Assembly: GCA_003138515.1 (NCBI GenBank)
Contig: PLGG01000056.1
Span: forward strand, 5,608-69,607
DNA length: 64,000 bases
Source: Acidobacteriaceae bacterium
GTDB taxonomy: Bacteria; Acidobacteriota; Terriglobia; Terriglobales; Acidobacteriaceae
Direction: 5' to 3'
Positions 9,504-17,901 of the stretch are shown here, in pieces (positions within the stretch are counted from its first letter, which is position 1; each line of letters begins with the position of its first letter). The position numbers were made by a program, and so were the translations under genes. The notes beneath the pieces were generated by a model. It saw only the letters and a program-made list of their open reading frames with translations, made no database searches and was not told where the DNA came from.

Positions 9504-10439
9504 CTACGCGCCCGCCAGCGCAGCCTCACCCATGCTGCCATTTACATCCGGCTCGGCCTCTGTGGCCGCAGGCGCGTCCACCGGCACATGGGCCAGCTCC
9601 CACGCCGAGCGATCCTTCATCAGCCGCGACACAAACGCCGTGTGCATTGCGTGCCCAGCCCGAACGGCCACCACGTGACCCTCCAGCCTGCGCCCCGCCA
9701 GCGCCAGGTCGCCAATCAGGTCAAGCACCTTGTGCCGCACGTACTCGTCCGGAAAGCGCAACGGTCCATTTTCCGGCCCGTTCGCCCCTAAGATAATCGC
9801 GTTCTCCGCGCTCGCTCCGCGAATCAGCCCCATGTCGCGCAGCTTCCCCTCATCCGCCTTGTAGCCAAACGTGCGCGCCGGAGCAATCTCGCTCCCATAA
9901 GTCTCCGCCGCCAGATCGATGCAGGTCTTCTGCTGGCCGATCGGCGCGGGAAAGTCGATCGTGTAGGAGACGCGATAGCCGGCCCCTGGGTAAACGCCAA
10001 TAAACTTGTCGCCCTCGCGCACCTCGACCGGTTGAAGCACTCGAATCGTCTCGCGCTTGCGCCGTTGCTCGCGGATCCCCACGCTTTGAAACGCCTCCAC
10101 ATAGGGCAGTGCGCTCCCATCCAGAATCGGCAATTCCAGATTGTCGATCTCCACAATCACGTTGTCGACGCCCATCCCAATCAGCGCTGAGAGCAGATGC
10201 TCCGTCGTCGAGATGAGCACGCTCTGTCGCATCAAGCTCGTCGCGTAGCTCACCTTGGCCACGTTGCGGCCCGTTGCAGGAATCTCAAAGTTGTCCAGAT
10301 CGGTGCGCCGGAAAACAATTCCCGACCCCGCTGGTGCGGGCAGTAGCCGCATCGTCACTGGAGCGCCCGAGTGCAGTCCCACGCCCGAGAATTCAAGTGC
10401 CTCTGCGATCGTCTGTTCCTGGTGTGCTCTTTGACCCAA
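9504..10439 (-). CDS. lpxC: UDP-3-O-acyl-N-acetylglucosamine deacetylase
   Basis: LpxC motifs: GVGLHSG, TTEHLLSAL, HKVLDLIGDL, GHAMH. The longest ORF reaches 10526. A TTG at 10439 with GGAGAGG 4 nt upstream gives a typical LpxC N-terminus, so the start is uncertain. Confidence 0.85.
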   Translation of the reverse strand: MGQRAHQEQTIAEALEFSGVGLHSGAPVTMRLLPAPAGSGIVFRRTDLDNFEIPATGRNVAKVSYATSLMRQSVLISTTEHLLSALIGMGVDNVIVEIDNLELPILDGSALPYVEAFQSVGIREQRRKRETIRVLQPVEVREGDKFIGVYPGAGYRVSYTIDFPAPIGQQKTCIDLAAETYGSEIAPARTFGYKADEGKLRDMGLIRGASAENAIILGANGPENGPLRFPDEYVRHKVLDLIGDLALAGRRLEGHVVAVRAGHAMHTAFVSRLMKDRSAWELAHVPVDAPAATEAEPDVNGSMGEAALAGA

Positions 10440-10643
10440 AGTGCCTCTCCGGCTTTGAAAGCCTTTCCCTTGTTTAGAATAGACGCCGCACAGAAATCGG
10501 GTTGTGTGGCATTTTTGCCACACCATGCGTCAATTTGAGCCACCGAGCCTTTCTCGTAACCTCTCCGGAAACTGCCCATAACTGTCGTAGAATCAGAGAG
10601 TCTTTCGGACTCGATCGACTCGAATCTGGCGAAAAAGGCACGA

Positions 10644-11831
10644 ATGTCGCTGGCACCTAACTCGAAGATTCCCATGCGCGCTCTGCTGGCCGGCGCCCGC
10701 CGCAAGCAGGCGAGTCTGATCGCCTTCACCCGCCAGTTGGTTCAGGTCGAATCCCCCTCCGACGAAAAATCCGCAGTCGATGCTTGCGTGGCCTTGGCCG
10801 CTGCGCGCGGCAAGCAGTTGGGCGGTCGCGTCAAAACCTACCGCCAGACTGGCTTCGGCAATGTCCTCGAACTCCGCTTTGGCCCGCGGAAATCAACCCC
10901 GCCCGCCGCCAAACCCATCCTGCTCCTCGGCCATCTCGACACGGTCTGGCCTCTCGGCACGCTTCAGACCATGCCCTGCCGTCTGAGTGCCGGCCGTCTC
11001 TGGGGCCCCGGAACCCTCGACATGAAGGCCGGTGTCGCCATGGCGTTCACCGCTATTGAAATGCTCACCGAGGCGGACTTGCTCTGCCATGAAATCGTGG
11101 TCCTCCTCAATGGCGACGAGGAGATTGGCAGCACCGTTTCGCGCCCGATCACGGAAAAACTCGCGAAGACCTGCGCCTCCGTCTACGTCCTCGAGCCCGC
11201 GCAAGGCCTGGCCTACAAAACGGCCCGAAAGGGCATCGGCAATTGGCGCGTCGACGTAAAAGGAGTCGCAGCCCACGCCGGAGTCGACTTCGAAAAAGGC
11301 GCGAACGCCATTCGCGAGTTGGCTCGCGTCATCGAAACCGTCAGCGGCTGGTCCGAAACGTCGCCCGATCTCAACCGCGGCCTCACCGTCAGCGTCGGCA
11401 TCGCTGGCGGCGGCACCAAGACCAACGTAATCCCCGCCCACGCCTGGGCCGAAGTCGAAGCCCGCATCGCGCGCCGCACTGACGGCCCGCGCATCGAACG
11501 CAAATTCGCTGCCCTCAAATCGCTTAAATTAACTAACCCGCGCTGCTCGCTCACCGTCACCGGCGGCATCAACCGCCCGCCCATGGAGCGTAGCCGCGGA
11601 ACGGTGCGCCTCTTCCGCAAAGCGCAAGCGCTCGCTCACGAGCTGGGCTTCACGCTCAACGAAGCCTCCACTGGCGGCGGCTCCGACGGCAACTTCACCG
11701 CCGCTCTCGGAATCCCCACCCTCGACGGAATGGGCGCAGTCGGCGAAGGTGCGCACGCCCAGCACGAATCGGTTTTCGTCGAGCATCTTGCTCCCCGCAC
11801 CGCGCTCCTCGCGGCCATGCTGGCGGGTTGA
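10644..11831 (+). CDS. M20/M25/M40 family metallopeptidase (carboxypeptidase G2-like)
   Basis: 395-aa ORF with GHLDTV, GPGTLDMKAG and NGDEEIGS metal-site motifs. Confidence 0.8.
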   Translation: MSLAPNSKIPMRALLAGARRKQASLIAFTRQLVQVESPSDEKSAVDACVALAAARGKQLGGRVKTYRQTGFGNVLELRFGPRKSTPPAAKPILLLGHLDTVWPLGTLQTMPCRLSAGRLWGPGTLDMKAGVAMAFTAIEMLTEADLLCHEIVVLLNGDEEIGSTVSRPITEKLAKTCASVYVLEPAQGLAYKTARKGIGNWRVDVKGVAAHAGVDFEKGANAIRELARVIETVSGWSETSPDLNRGLTVSVGIAGGGTKTNVIPAHAWAEVEARIARRTDGPRIERKFAALKSLKLTNPRCSLTVTGGINRPPMERSRGTVRLFRKAQALAHELGFTLNEASTGGGSDGNFTAALGIPTLDGMGAVGEGAHAQHESVFVEHLAPRTALLAAMLAG

Positions 11832-11896
11832 CGCACGCTCATCGCCTTCGGCCTGATAAACTTCGGTGGGTAATCCACTCGGAGATATTCGCAACC

Positions 11897-12811
11897 ATGA
11901 ATCGCTTTGTTCCCATCCTCTTCCTGGCGGCATGTGCTTCTGCCGTATTCGCTCAAACCCCCGCCGCAACGCCCGCTGCCGGCTCAGCAACGCCCAAAAG
12001 CTCTTCTCCCGCGTCCACCGCCGCCAAGCCCGCCACCGCCAATTCGGCCGCAGCCGCTGCCCCCGCGCCCATGCCCTGGCTCAAGCTCCCTCCCGGCGTG
12101 CCCAGGGTGACTCACCTTCTGGTCAAGATGCCCTTCGCCCTGCGCTATGAAGACATCACCGTCGGCAAGGGTGCTGAAGGCGAGTCCGGCAAGCTCTGGC
12201 ACCTCAAGTACACCGGCTGGCGCGCCGCCGACGGCGTCAAGTTCGACTCATGGGACGATCATAAGCAGCCCGCAATTGGACCCGATGGCAAGCCCGAGCT
12301 CGGTTCCGATGGAAAACCCAAGATGGGCGATCCCGTCCCCATCGCAATCCCGCAAGGAATGGGCCGCGTAATCCCCGGCTTCGACTACGGCCTCGAAGGC
12401 ATGAAGATCGGTGGCAAGCGCCGCATCTTCATTCCCTGGCAAATGGCCTATGGTACGCGCGCCATGCCCGATCGGCCCGACCACCCCGGCATTCCCGCCA
12501 AGTCCGATCTCATCTTCGACGTCGAGCTGGTGGATGTGACCGAGATGCAGGCCCCGCATCCACCCATGATGCCCGGCAATCGTCCCGTGCCGCCTGGAGC
12601 TCCGCATCCCGGCGCAAGCGCCCCACCCAGTCCTGCTCCCGCTGCGCCTACGGCTCCATCTGCGGCCCCATCAACTCAACCGGCCGCGCCCGCCGCTTCT
12701 TCAACGCCATCAGCTCAGCCGGCTGCTCCGGCCGCAACCACTCCGCCCGCTTCGGCGCCCGCTCAACCGACCACGCCGCCGCCTTCCGGCGTCCAGGCCC
12801 AACCCAAATAA
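11897..12811 (+). CDS. Secreted FKBP-type peptidyl-prolyl isomerase with a Pro/Ala-rich C-terminal tail
   Basis: ATG at 11897 gives the signal peptide MNRFVPILFLAACASAVFAQ. The FKBP core is VIPGFDYGLEGMKIGGKRRIFIPWQMAYG...LIFDVELVDV. The last ~90 aa are PA-rich low complexity. Confidence 0.85.
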   Translation: MNRFVPILFLAACASAVFAQTPAATPAAGSATPKSSSPASTAAKPATANSAAAAAPAPMPWLKLPPGVPRVTHLLVKMPFALRYEDITVGKGAEGESGKLWHLKYTGWRAADGVKFDSWDDHKQPAIGPDGKPELGSDGKPKMGDPVPIAIPQGMGRVIPGFDYGLEGMKIGGKRRIFIPWQMAYGTRAMPDRPDHPGIPAKSDLIFDVELVDVTEMQAPHPPMMPGNRPVPPGAPHPGASAPPSPAPAAPTAPSAAPSTQPAAPAASSTPSAQPAAPAATTPPASAPAQPTTPPPSGVQAQPK

Positions 12812-12815
12812 ATCG

Positions 12816-12865
12816 GTTGCCCCATCCTTCGCCTTTTTCTGGCGAAGGGTGGGATCGCACGAACC
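12816..12865. repeat. REP-like hairpin element, copy A (likely bidirectional terminator between FKBP and amidase genes)
   Basis: GTTGCCCCATCCTTCGCC-TTTTTCT-GGCGAAGGGTGGGATCGCACGAACC has 12-13 bp arms. It is closely related to copy B at 24477..24527. Confidence 0.75.
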
Positions 12866-12868
12866 GCC

Positions 12869-14854
12869 TCAGTCCAGCTTCGGGTGCAGTTTCAGGAACC
12901 CGGTCGCTTCCTGGTAAGCGTGCGAAAAAGCCGCCAGCTTTGCGTCCTGGTAGAGCGCGCCGAGGAAAGTAATCGACACCGGCGTCCCCGGCCCGCCAAT
13001 ATTGTCGTGGTTCCCGTCGTCGACCGCGGGTGGCGCCGGCGCGTCAGCGCCGCGCAGACCATTTGGCAGAATCACAGCCGGATTGCCCGTCAAATTCGTC
13101 GCAATCAACTGCTCGTCGGTCGAGGGCGTCACGATCACATCCACTTTTTCAAACAGTTTCGCAAACTGGCGCACTCCAAGTGTCCGCGCGCGATTGGCCT
13201 GGATGTACTCAACCGCCGGATAAAACCGCGCGATGCGGAAGTCGTTCGGCCAATCCTCCGGCCCCTGTTCCGTCAGCAGCTTGTCGCGGCCGCTCATCGT
13301 CAGGTCGTCGAACGCCGCCGCGGCCTCTGCCGTCAGCAGCGGAACCATCGCGTCCCACGGCAGCTTCGGCAGCTCCACCGGAATCAGATTCACGCCCATC
13401 TTGGTCAGCTTGTCCAGCGCGACCTGCTCATATTTCTTGTCGTACGTGCGCCGCGTGTACTCGTCCTGCGCGGCCGCATTCGCATCTTCCCGCTTCTTCG
13501 TATCCTCCGGCGTCTCCCCAGCCACAGCCTCCTTCAGTTGCAGAGGCGGCAGTGGATCGAAATCGCTCTTGAAATACCCAACGCGCAACGATCGCCAATC
13601 GGCGTCCGGATTCCAGTGGAAGTCGATGCTCGCTCCGGCCGACAGATCTTTCCCATCGGGTCCGTGGATCACGTCGAGCACCAGCGCGCAATCCTCCACC
13701 GATCGGCAAATCGGCCCCAGCTTGTCCATCGTCCAGCTCAGCGCCATCGCTCCCGTGCGCGGCACCATGCCGAAGCTTGGCCTCAACCCCGAACAGCCGC
13801 ATCGCGTCGAAGGCGACGAAATCGACCCCAGCGTCTCCGACCCGATTGCAAATCCCACGCACCCCGCCGCCACTGCGCTCGCCGAGCCTGCCGACGATCC
13901 GCTCGATCCCAACGCGGGATTCCACGGATTCCGCGTCCTTCCTCCGAACCACTTGTCGCCCATCGCCAGCGCGCCCAGCGAAAACTTCGCCACCAGCACC
14001 GCCCCCGCGGCATCCAGCCGTTGCACCACGGTCGCGTCCTCGTTGAACGTCTGCTGCTCAAACCCTCCCGCGCCCCACGTCGTCGGATACCCTTTGACCG
14101 AAAGCAAATCCTTCGCGCCCCACGGAATCCCGTGCAGCGGCCCGCGATAAAGCCCGCTCTCCAGGTCCTCATCGGCCGCCTTAGCCTGGGCCATCGCCCG
14201 GTCTTTCAGCAGCGTGATCACGAAATGGAGTTGTGAGTCGTACCGCTTCAGGCGACCGATGTACATCTGGGTCAGTGCCACCGACGTAACCTTCCGGTGC
14301 CAGATCAAATTGGCCAGCTCGAGAACCGAGGCAAACGCCAGCTCCTCGAGATTCGCGGAAACTTTCGGCGCTGCCGATTCCGCGTCATCAAAAACCAGTT
14401 GCGGAGTGGTGCCTTGAAACACAACACTGCTCTCCGCCGGCTTCGCTGCCGGCCCCGGATGAAACGCGAACGCCGGCGGCACACTGTTCTCGATCTTCAG
14501 CGCGCGAATCTGTCCGTACGCATCGCGCTGATCGTTCAGCCCGTCGAGCATCATCTTCTTCTGCTCGTCGCTGAACGGCCCCACGCCCGCCAGTTCCGCT
14601 GCCCGGTCAATCATCTCGGTAGTAATCTTCGGTAACGCCGGCGCCTTGGCCTCATTGCTCGTATTCGCGCTCGCCGCGTGATTCGCCCCCGGACCCGAGG
14701 CTGGACCAGCCGCCGGGCTCGCCGCTGAGGGAGCCGTCTCCTGCGCCTGCGCGGCCAGCGTGTAAAGAATTCCCGGCAGCAGCGGAGAAGCAATCCCCGC
14801 GCTGGTGCACGCATTCAAAAAAGCTCGGCGGTTCAAGAACGGCGCTGGCTTCAT
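12869..14854 (-). CDS. Amidase-signature family enzyme, probable Tat-exported
   Basis: Internal ATG at 14854 gives MKPAPFLNRRAFLNA (twin-arginine motif). The amidase signature GSSGSSAGSASAVAAG is present, as is GAKDL. The longer ORF to 15055 would overlap the divergent ArsR gene. Confidence 0.85.
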   Translation of the reverse strand: MKPAPFLNRRAFLNACTSAGIASPLLPGILYTLAAQAQETAPSAASPAAGPASGPGANHAASANTSNEAKAPALPKITTEMIDRAAELAGVGPFSDEQKKMMLDGLNDQRDAYGQIRALKIENSVPPAFAFHPGPAAKPAESSVVFQGTTPQLVFDDAESAAPKVSANLEELAFASVLELANLIWHRKVTSVALTQMYIGRLKRYDSQLHFVITLLKDRAMAQAKAADEDLESGLYRGPLHGIPWGAKDLLSVKGYPTTWGAGGFEQQTFNEDATVVQRLDAAGAVLVAKFSLGALAMGDKWFGGRTRNPWNPALGSSGSSAGSASAVAAGCVGFAIGSETLGSISSPSTRCGCSGLRPSFGMVPRTGAMALSWTMDKLGPICRSVEDCALVLDVIHGPDGKDLSAGASIDFHWNPDADWRSLRVGYFKSDFDPLPPLQLKEAVAGETPEDTKKREDANAAAQDEYTRRTYDKKYEQVALDKLTKMGVNLIPVELPKLPWDAMVPLLTAEAAAAFDDLTMSGRDKLLTEQGPEDWPNDFRIARFYPAVEYIQANRARTLGVRQFAKLFEKVDVIVTPSTDEQLIATNLTGNPAVILPNGLRGADAPAPPAVDDGNHDNIGGPGTPVSITFLGALYQDAKLAAFSHAYQEATGFLKLHPKLD

Positions 14855-14934
14855 GCGACGGATGGTAAATCGCGCGGCCACCAGCGGCAAACTCTCGCCG
14901 GCCGGCGCCCAAACAAAAGTCACGAATTTTTCAC

Positions 14935-14964
14935 TTGACATATTCCCATATGAGCATGTATTGT
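14935..14964 (+). promoter_or_regulatory. Candidate sigma70-type promoter for the ArsR-family gene
   Basis: TTGACA (14935..14940), an 18-nt spacer, then TATTGT (14959..14964), just upstream of the ATG at 14972. Pattern match only. Confidence 0.3.
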
Positions 14965-14971
14965 CTTTTCC

Positions 14972-15346
14972 ATGGCCAGAGCTGCAACCACCTCCGACGC
15001 CTTCAATGCTGTTGCCGAACCCCGGCGCCGCCAGATTCTCCTCTTTCTCGCGCACGATGAGCGCCAGGTAGGCGAAATCGTCACGGCCATCGGCCTCGAC
15101 CAGCCGTCCGTCTCAAAGCACCTTGGCGTGCTCCGCCGCGTCAATCTCGTCCGCGTACGCCGCAACGGCCGCCACCGTCTCTACCGCACCAACGCCGCGG
15201 CCATCCAGCCGCTCCACCAGTGGACCGAGACATTCGAGCGATACTGGCAGCACCAATTGACCCGGGTTAAAGAACGCGCCGAGCGCGTTCAGGCCGAGAT
15301 TGACCGCGGCGGCAACCCAACGCAGTCAACAATTCCGAAGCACTGA
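14972..15346 (+). CDS. ArsR/SmtB family transcriptional regulator
   Basis: The winged-HTH pattern is EPRRRQILLFL...VGEIVTAIGLDQPSVSKHLGVLRRVNLV. Confidence 0.85.
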   Translation: MARAATTSDAFNAVAEPRRRQILLFLAHDERQVGEIVTAIGLDQPSVSKHLGVLRRVNLVRVRRNGRHRLYRTNAAAIQPLHQWTETFERYWQHQLTRVKERAERVQAEIDRGGNPTQSTIPKH

Positions 15347-15394
15347 GGGCCCGCAGTCCATGACCCAAATTCTCAACTTTCCCACGGAGGATGT

Positions 15395-15853
15395 ATGACC
15401 ACAACGACAGTTCCCGATCTCGAATCTCTCAGTTTCAAAATCGAACAGGAGATTCGCGTGCGCGCCTCGCTCGAAGTCACCTTCGCAGCGCTTCTCGATC
15501 AGCTTGCTTCTGGTTTCGAAAAGGACGACGGCACGTCCATGCCTTTCAAGCTTGAGGCTTGGCCAGGCGGCCGCTGGTTCCGCGACCTCGGCGACGGCAA
15601 CGGCCATTGCTGGGCCACCGTGCAGGCCATCAAGCGCCCCACGCTGCTCGAGTTCAGCGGTCCGCTGATGATGTCTTTCCCTGTCGCCAACAACGTGCAA
15701 TACCGCCTCAGCCAGGAGGGCGGCGAGACCATCATCAAGTTCCATCACACCGGCTTCGGAAACGTTCCGGGGGACTTCAAGAAGGGAATGAGAGGCGGCT
15801 GGACAAAGATCAACGAAACCGTCCGTCAGCGCGCCGAGAATTCCAAATCGTAA
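15395..15853 (+). CDS. SRPBCC (AHSA1/START-like) family protein
   Basis: 152 aa, with the size and pattern (..W.GG.W......G....W..V....P...L.F.G..) typical of Aha1-domain proteins encoded next to ArsR regulators. Confidence 0.7.
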   Translation: MTTTTVPDLESLSFKIEQEIRVRASLEVTFAALLDQLASGFEKDDGTSMPFKLEAWPGGRWFRDLGDGNGHCWATVQAIKRPTLLEFSGPLMMSFPVANNVQYRLSQEGGETIIKFHHTGFGNVPGDFKKGMRGGWTKINETVRQRAENSKS

Positions 15854-15938
15854 AGAGCGCCCGCGTCAGCGGACGAATGAAGGCAAAATCTACACGCACG
15901 CCGGGACAACCCATTCCCGCTCACCTCAGGAGGTTCGT

Positions 15939-16046
15939 ATGTGTCCAGTATGCGTAGCAACCACGGCCGCCATCTTGGCAGGCAGCACCGCCGGCACTGG
16001 CGGAATCGCAGCCTTCATCGCAAAATGGTTTCGTCGCGGCAAATAA
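15939..16046 (+). CDS. 35-codon hydrophobic mini-protein with N-terminal CPVC motif (not in the ORF track)
   Basis: ATG at 15939 is preceded by a perfect AGGAGG 5 nt upstream. Translation is MCPVCVATTAAILAGSTAGTGGIAAFIAKWFRRGK*, one predicted TM helix with a basic C-terminus. It lies in the same orientation inside the ArsR/SRPBCC/DUF899 cluster. Confidence 0.5.
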   Translation: MCPVCVATTAAILAGSTAGTGGIAAFIAKWFRRGK

Positions 16047-16093
16047 CCGGGTAATTAACTCCCCCAACACAAATCGCAGCAAAGGAGGTCGCT

Positions 16094-16909
16094 ATGGCAA
16101 CCACGGCGACAGAAATCAAGAGCCCCAAAGTCGTCTCTCATGACGAATGGATCGCAGCCCGCAAAGAGTTTCTAAAGAAAGAGAAAGAGTTCACCTGCCA
16201 GCGCGACGAGCTCAGCCGCCTGCGCCGCGCCCTCCCCTGGGAGAAGGTCGAAAAGAACTACAAATTCCAAACCACCAGCGGCAATGTCTCGCTCTCCGAT
16301 CTCTTCGGCGGCCGCAGCCAGCTCATCATCTATCACTTCATGTTCGGGCCGGGATGGAAAGAAGGCTGCCCCAGTTGCTCCTACATCTCCGACCATTTCG
16401 ACGGCATGACCATCCACCTCGCCAACCGCGACGTCACCCTCGCCGTGGTTTCGCACGCGCCCATCTCTGAAATCGAAACCTTCAAACACCGCATGGGTTG
16501 GAAGTTTCGCTGGCTCTCCTCGAATTCGAGCGACTTCAACTTCGACTACCAGGCCTCGCTCAAGCCCGAGGACGCCGGCCAGAAAAAGATCTACTACAAC
16601 TACGAGCTGATCCCACAGTTTCCCAGCGAGGAGCTGCCTGGACTCAGCGTCTTCGCCAAGGATGCAAGCGGAACGATCTTCCACACCTACTCCACCTACG
16701 CGCGCGGCCTCGACATTTTGGTTGGCGCGTACAACTTTCTCGACCTGGTCCCCAAGGGCCGCGACGAATCAGGCCTCAAGCACACCATGGCTTGGGTACG
16801 CCACCACGACAAGTACGATCAAGGCTACGTTGTCGATCCGAACCAGGGGTATGTTCAGCCCGAGGTGGTCAAGATCGCGACCACGGGCGGCAAGTGTTGT
16901 CACGACTGA
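16094..16909 (+). CDS. DUF899 thioredoxin-like family protein
   Basis: 271 aa with HDEWIAARKEFLKKEKEFT..RD.LS..RR.LPW..V...Y.F....G...L.DLF.GRSQLIIYHFMFGP.W..GCPSCS, the characteristic DUF899 N-terminus and CxxC. Confidence 0.8.
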   Translation: MATTATEIKSPKVVSHDEWIAARKEFLKKEKEFTCQRDELSRLRRALPWEKVEKNYKFQTTSGNVSLSDLFGGRSQLIIYHFMFGPGWKEGCPSCSYISDHFDGMTIHLANRDVTLAVVSHAPISEIETFKHRMGWKFRWLSSNSSDFNFDYQASLKPEDAGQKKIYYNYELIPQFPSEELPGLSVFAKDASGTIFHTYSTYARGLDILVGAYNFLDLVPKGRDESGLKHTMAWVRHHDKYDQGYVVDPNQGYVQPEVVKIATTGGKCCHD

Positions 16910-17013
16910 GGCCGTCACTCCGGGGATTGAAACGCACAACGGCGCGCGAAATCACGGTGCCGGCGATAACTCAGGCCACTGCAATTGATCGAAAGACAAG
17001 AAGGAGAGAAGCG

Positions 17014-17490
17014 ATGAAGGATCAGAACCTCAACCATTCGTTTACGGTCGACCAAACTCCGGAAGAAGTTTTCGCTGCCATCAACGATGTTCGCGGATGG
17101 TGGTCAGGAGAAATTGAAGGCTCAACCGACAAACTCGGCGCTGAGTTTACCTACCGTTACAAAGACGTCCACTACAGCAAACAGAAGATCACCGAGCTTG
17201 TCCCCGGCAAGAAAGTCGTTTGGCTTGTTTTGGACAGCTACTTGTCCTTCGTTGAGGACAAAACCGAGTGGAATGGCACAAAGGTCGTTTTTGAAATCTC
17301 CAAAAAAGGCAACAAGACCGAAGTCCTCTTCACTCACGTCGGCTTAGCGCCCCAAATCGAGTGTTTCAAAGCCTGTTCCGACGCATGGGGCTTTTATGTC
17401 ACAGGTAGTCTCCGGAACCTGATTGCCACAGGAAAAGGCGAGCCCAACAAGAAAGAAAAGAAAGAACGCGAAGCAGTGATGCAATCGTGA
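17014..17490 (+). CDS. SRPBCC (AHSA1-like) family protein
   Basis: ATG at 17014 is preceded by AAGGAGAG. Translation begins MKDQNLNHSFTVDQTPEEVFAAINDVRGWW. The longer ORF from 16498 overlaps the DUF899 gene and is rejected. Confidence 0.75.
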   Translation: MKDQNLNHSFTVDQTPEEVFAAINDVRGWWSGEIEGSTDKLGAEFTYRYKDVHYSKQKITELVPGKKVVWLVLDSYLSFVEDKTEWNGTKVVFEISKKGNKTEVLFTHVGLAPQIECFKACSDAWGFYVTGSLRNLIATGKGEPNKKEKKEREAVMQS

Positions 17491-17496
17491 GGCGCG

Positions 17497-17901
17497 ATGG
17501 CTCGTGAGTTCACCGTCTCCGCGACGATTCCCGCTTCGCCGAAGCAGGTCTATGACGCGTGGCTATCGAGCAAGGGCCACACCCAAATGACCGAAGCCGG
17601 GGCCAAGGTGTCCGCGCGCGTCGGTGGCTCGTTCACCGCGTGGGACGGATACATCTCGGGCAAGAACTTGAAGCTCAAGCCCGGCAAGCAAATCGTCCAG
17701 GCGTGGCGCACCACCGAGTTTGCCTCGTCCGACCAGGATTCGCATGTTGAAATCCTGCTCGTAAAGTCGCGCGGTGGCACAAAGCTCACGCTTTACCACA
17801 GCAACCTTCCCGGCGGCCAGAGCGACTACCGCTCGGGCTGGCGGGAGTGCTACTTCGAGCCCATGAAGAAGTACTTCAAGGCCATCGCGAAGCCCGTGTA
17901 A
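17497..17901 (+). CDS. SRPBCC (AHSA1-like) family protein
   Basis: 134 aa; FTVSATIPASPKQVYDAWLSSKGHTQMT...GG.F.AWDGYISGKNLKL.PGK.IVQAWR is an Aha1-domain pattern. Confidence 0.75.
   Translation: MAREFTVSATIPASPKQVYDAWLSSKGHTQMTEAGAKVSARVGGSFTAWDGYISGKNLKLKPGKQIVQAWRTTEFASSDQDSHVEILLVKSRGGTKLTLYHSNLPGGQSDYRSGWRECYFEPMKKYFKAIAKPV

Noticed and set aside
12869-15055. Full-length versions of the ORFs 12869..15055 (amidase) and 42548..43735 (ADH)
   Set aside because: The upstream extensions overlap divergent genes or promoters and lack homology-like sequence. The internal ATGs give a Tat signal (amidase) or a proper SD with a canonical N-terminus (ADH).
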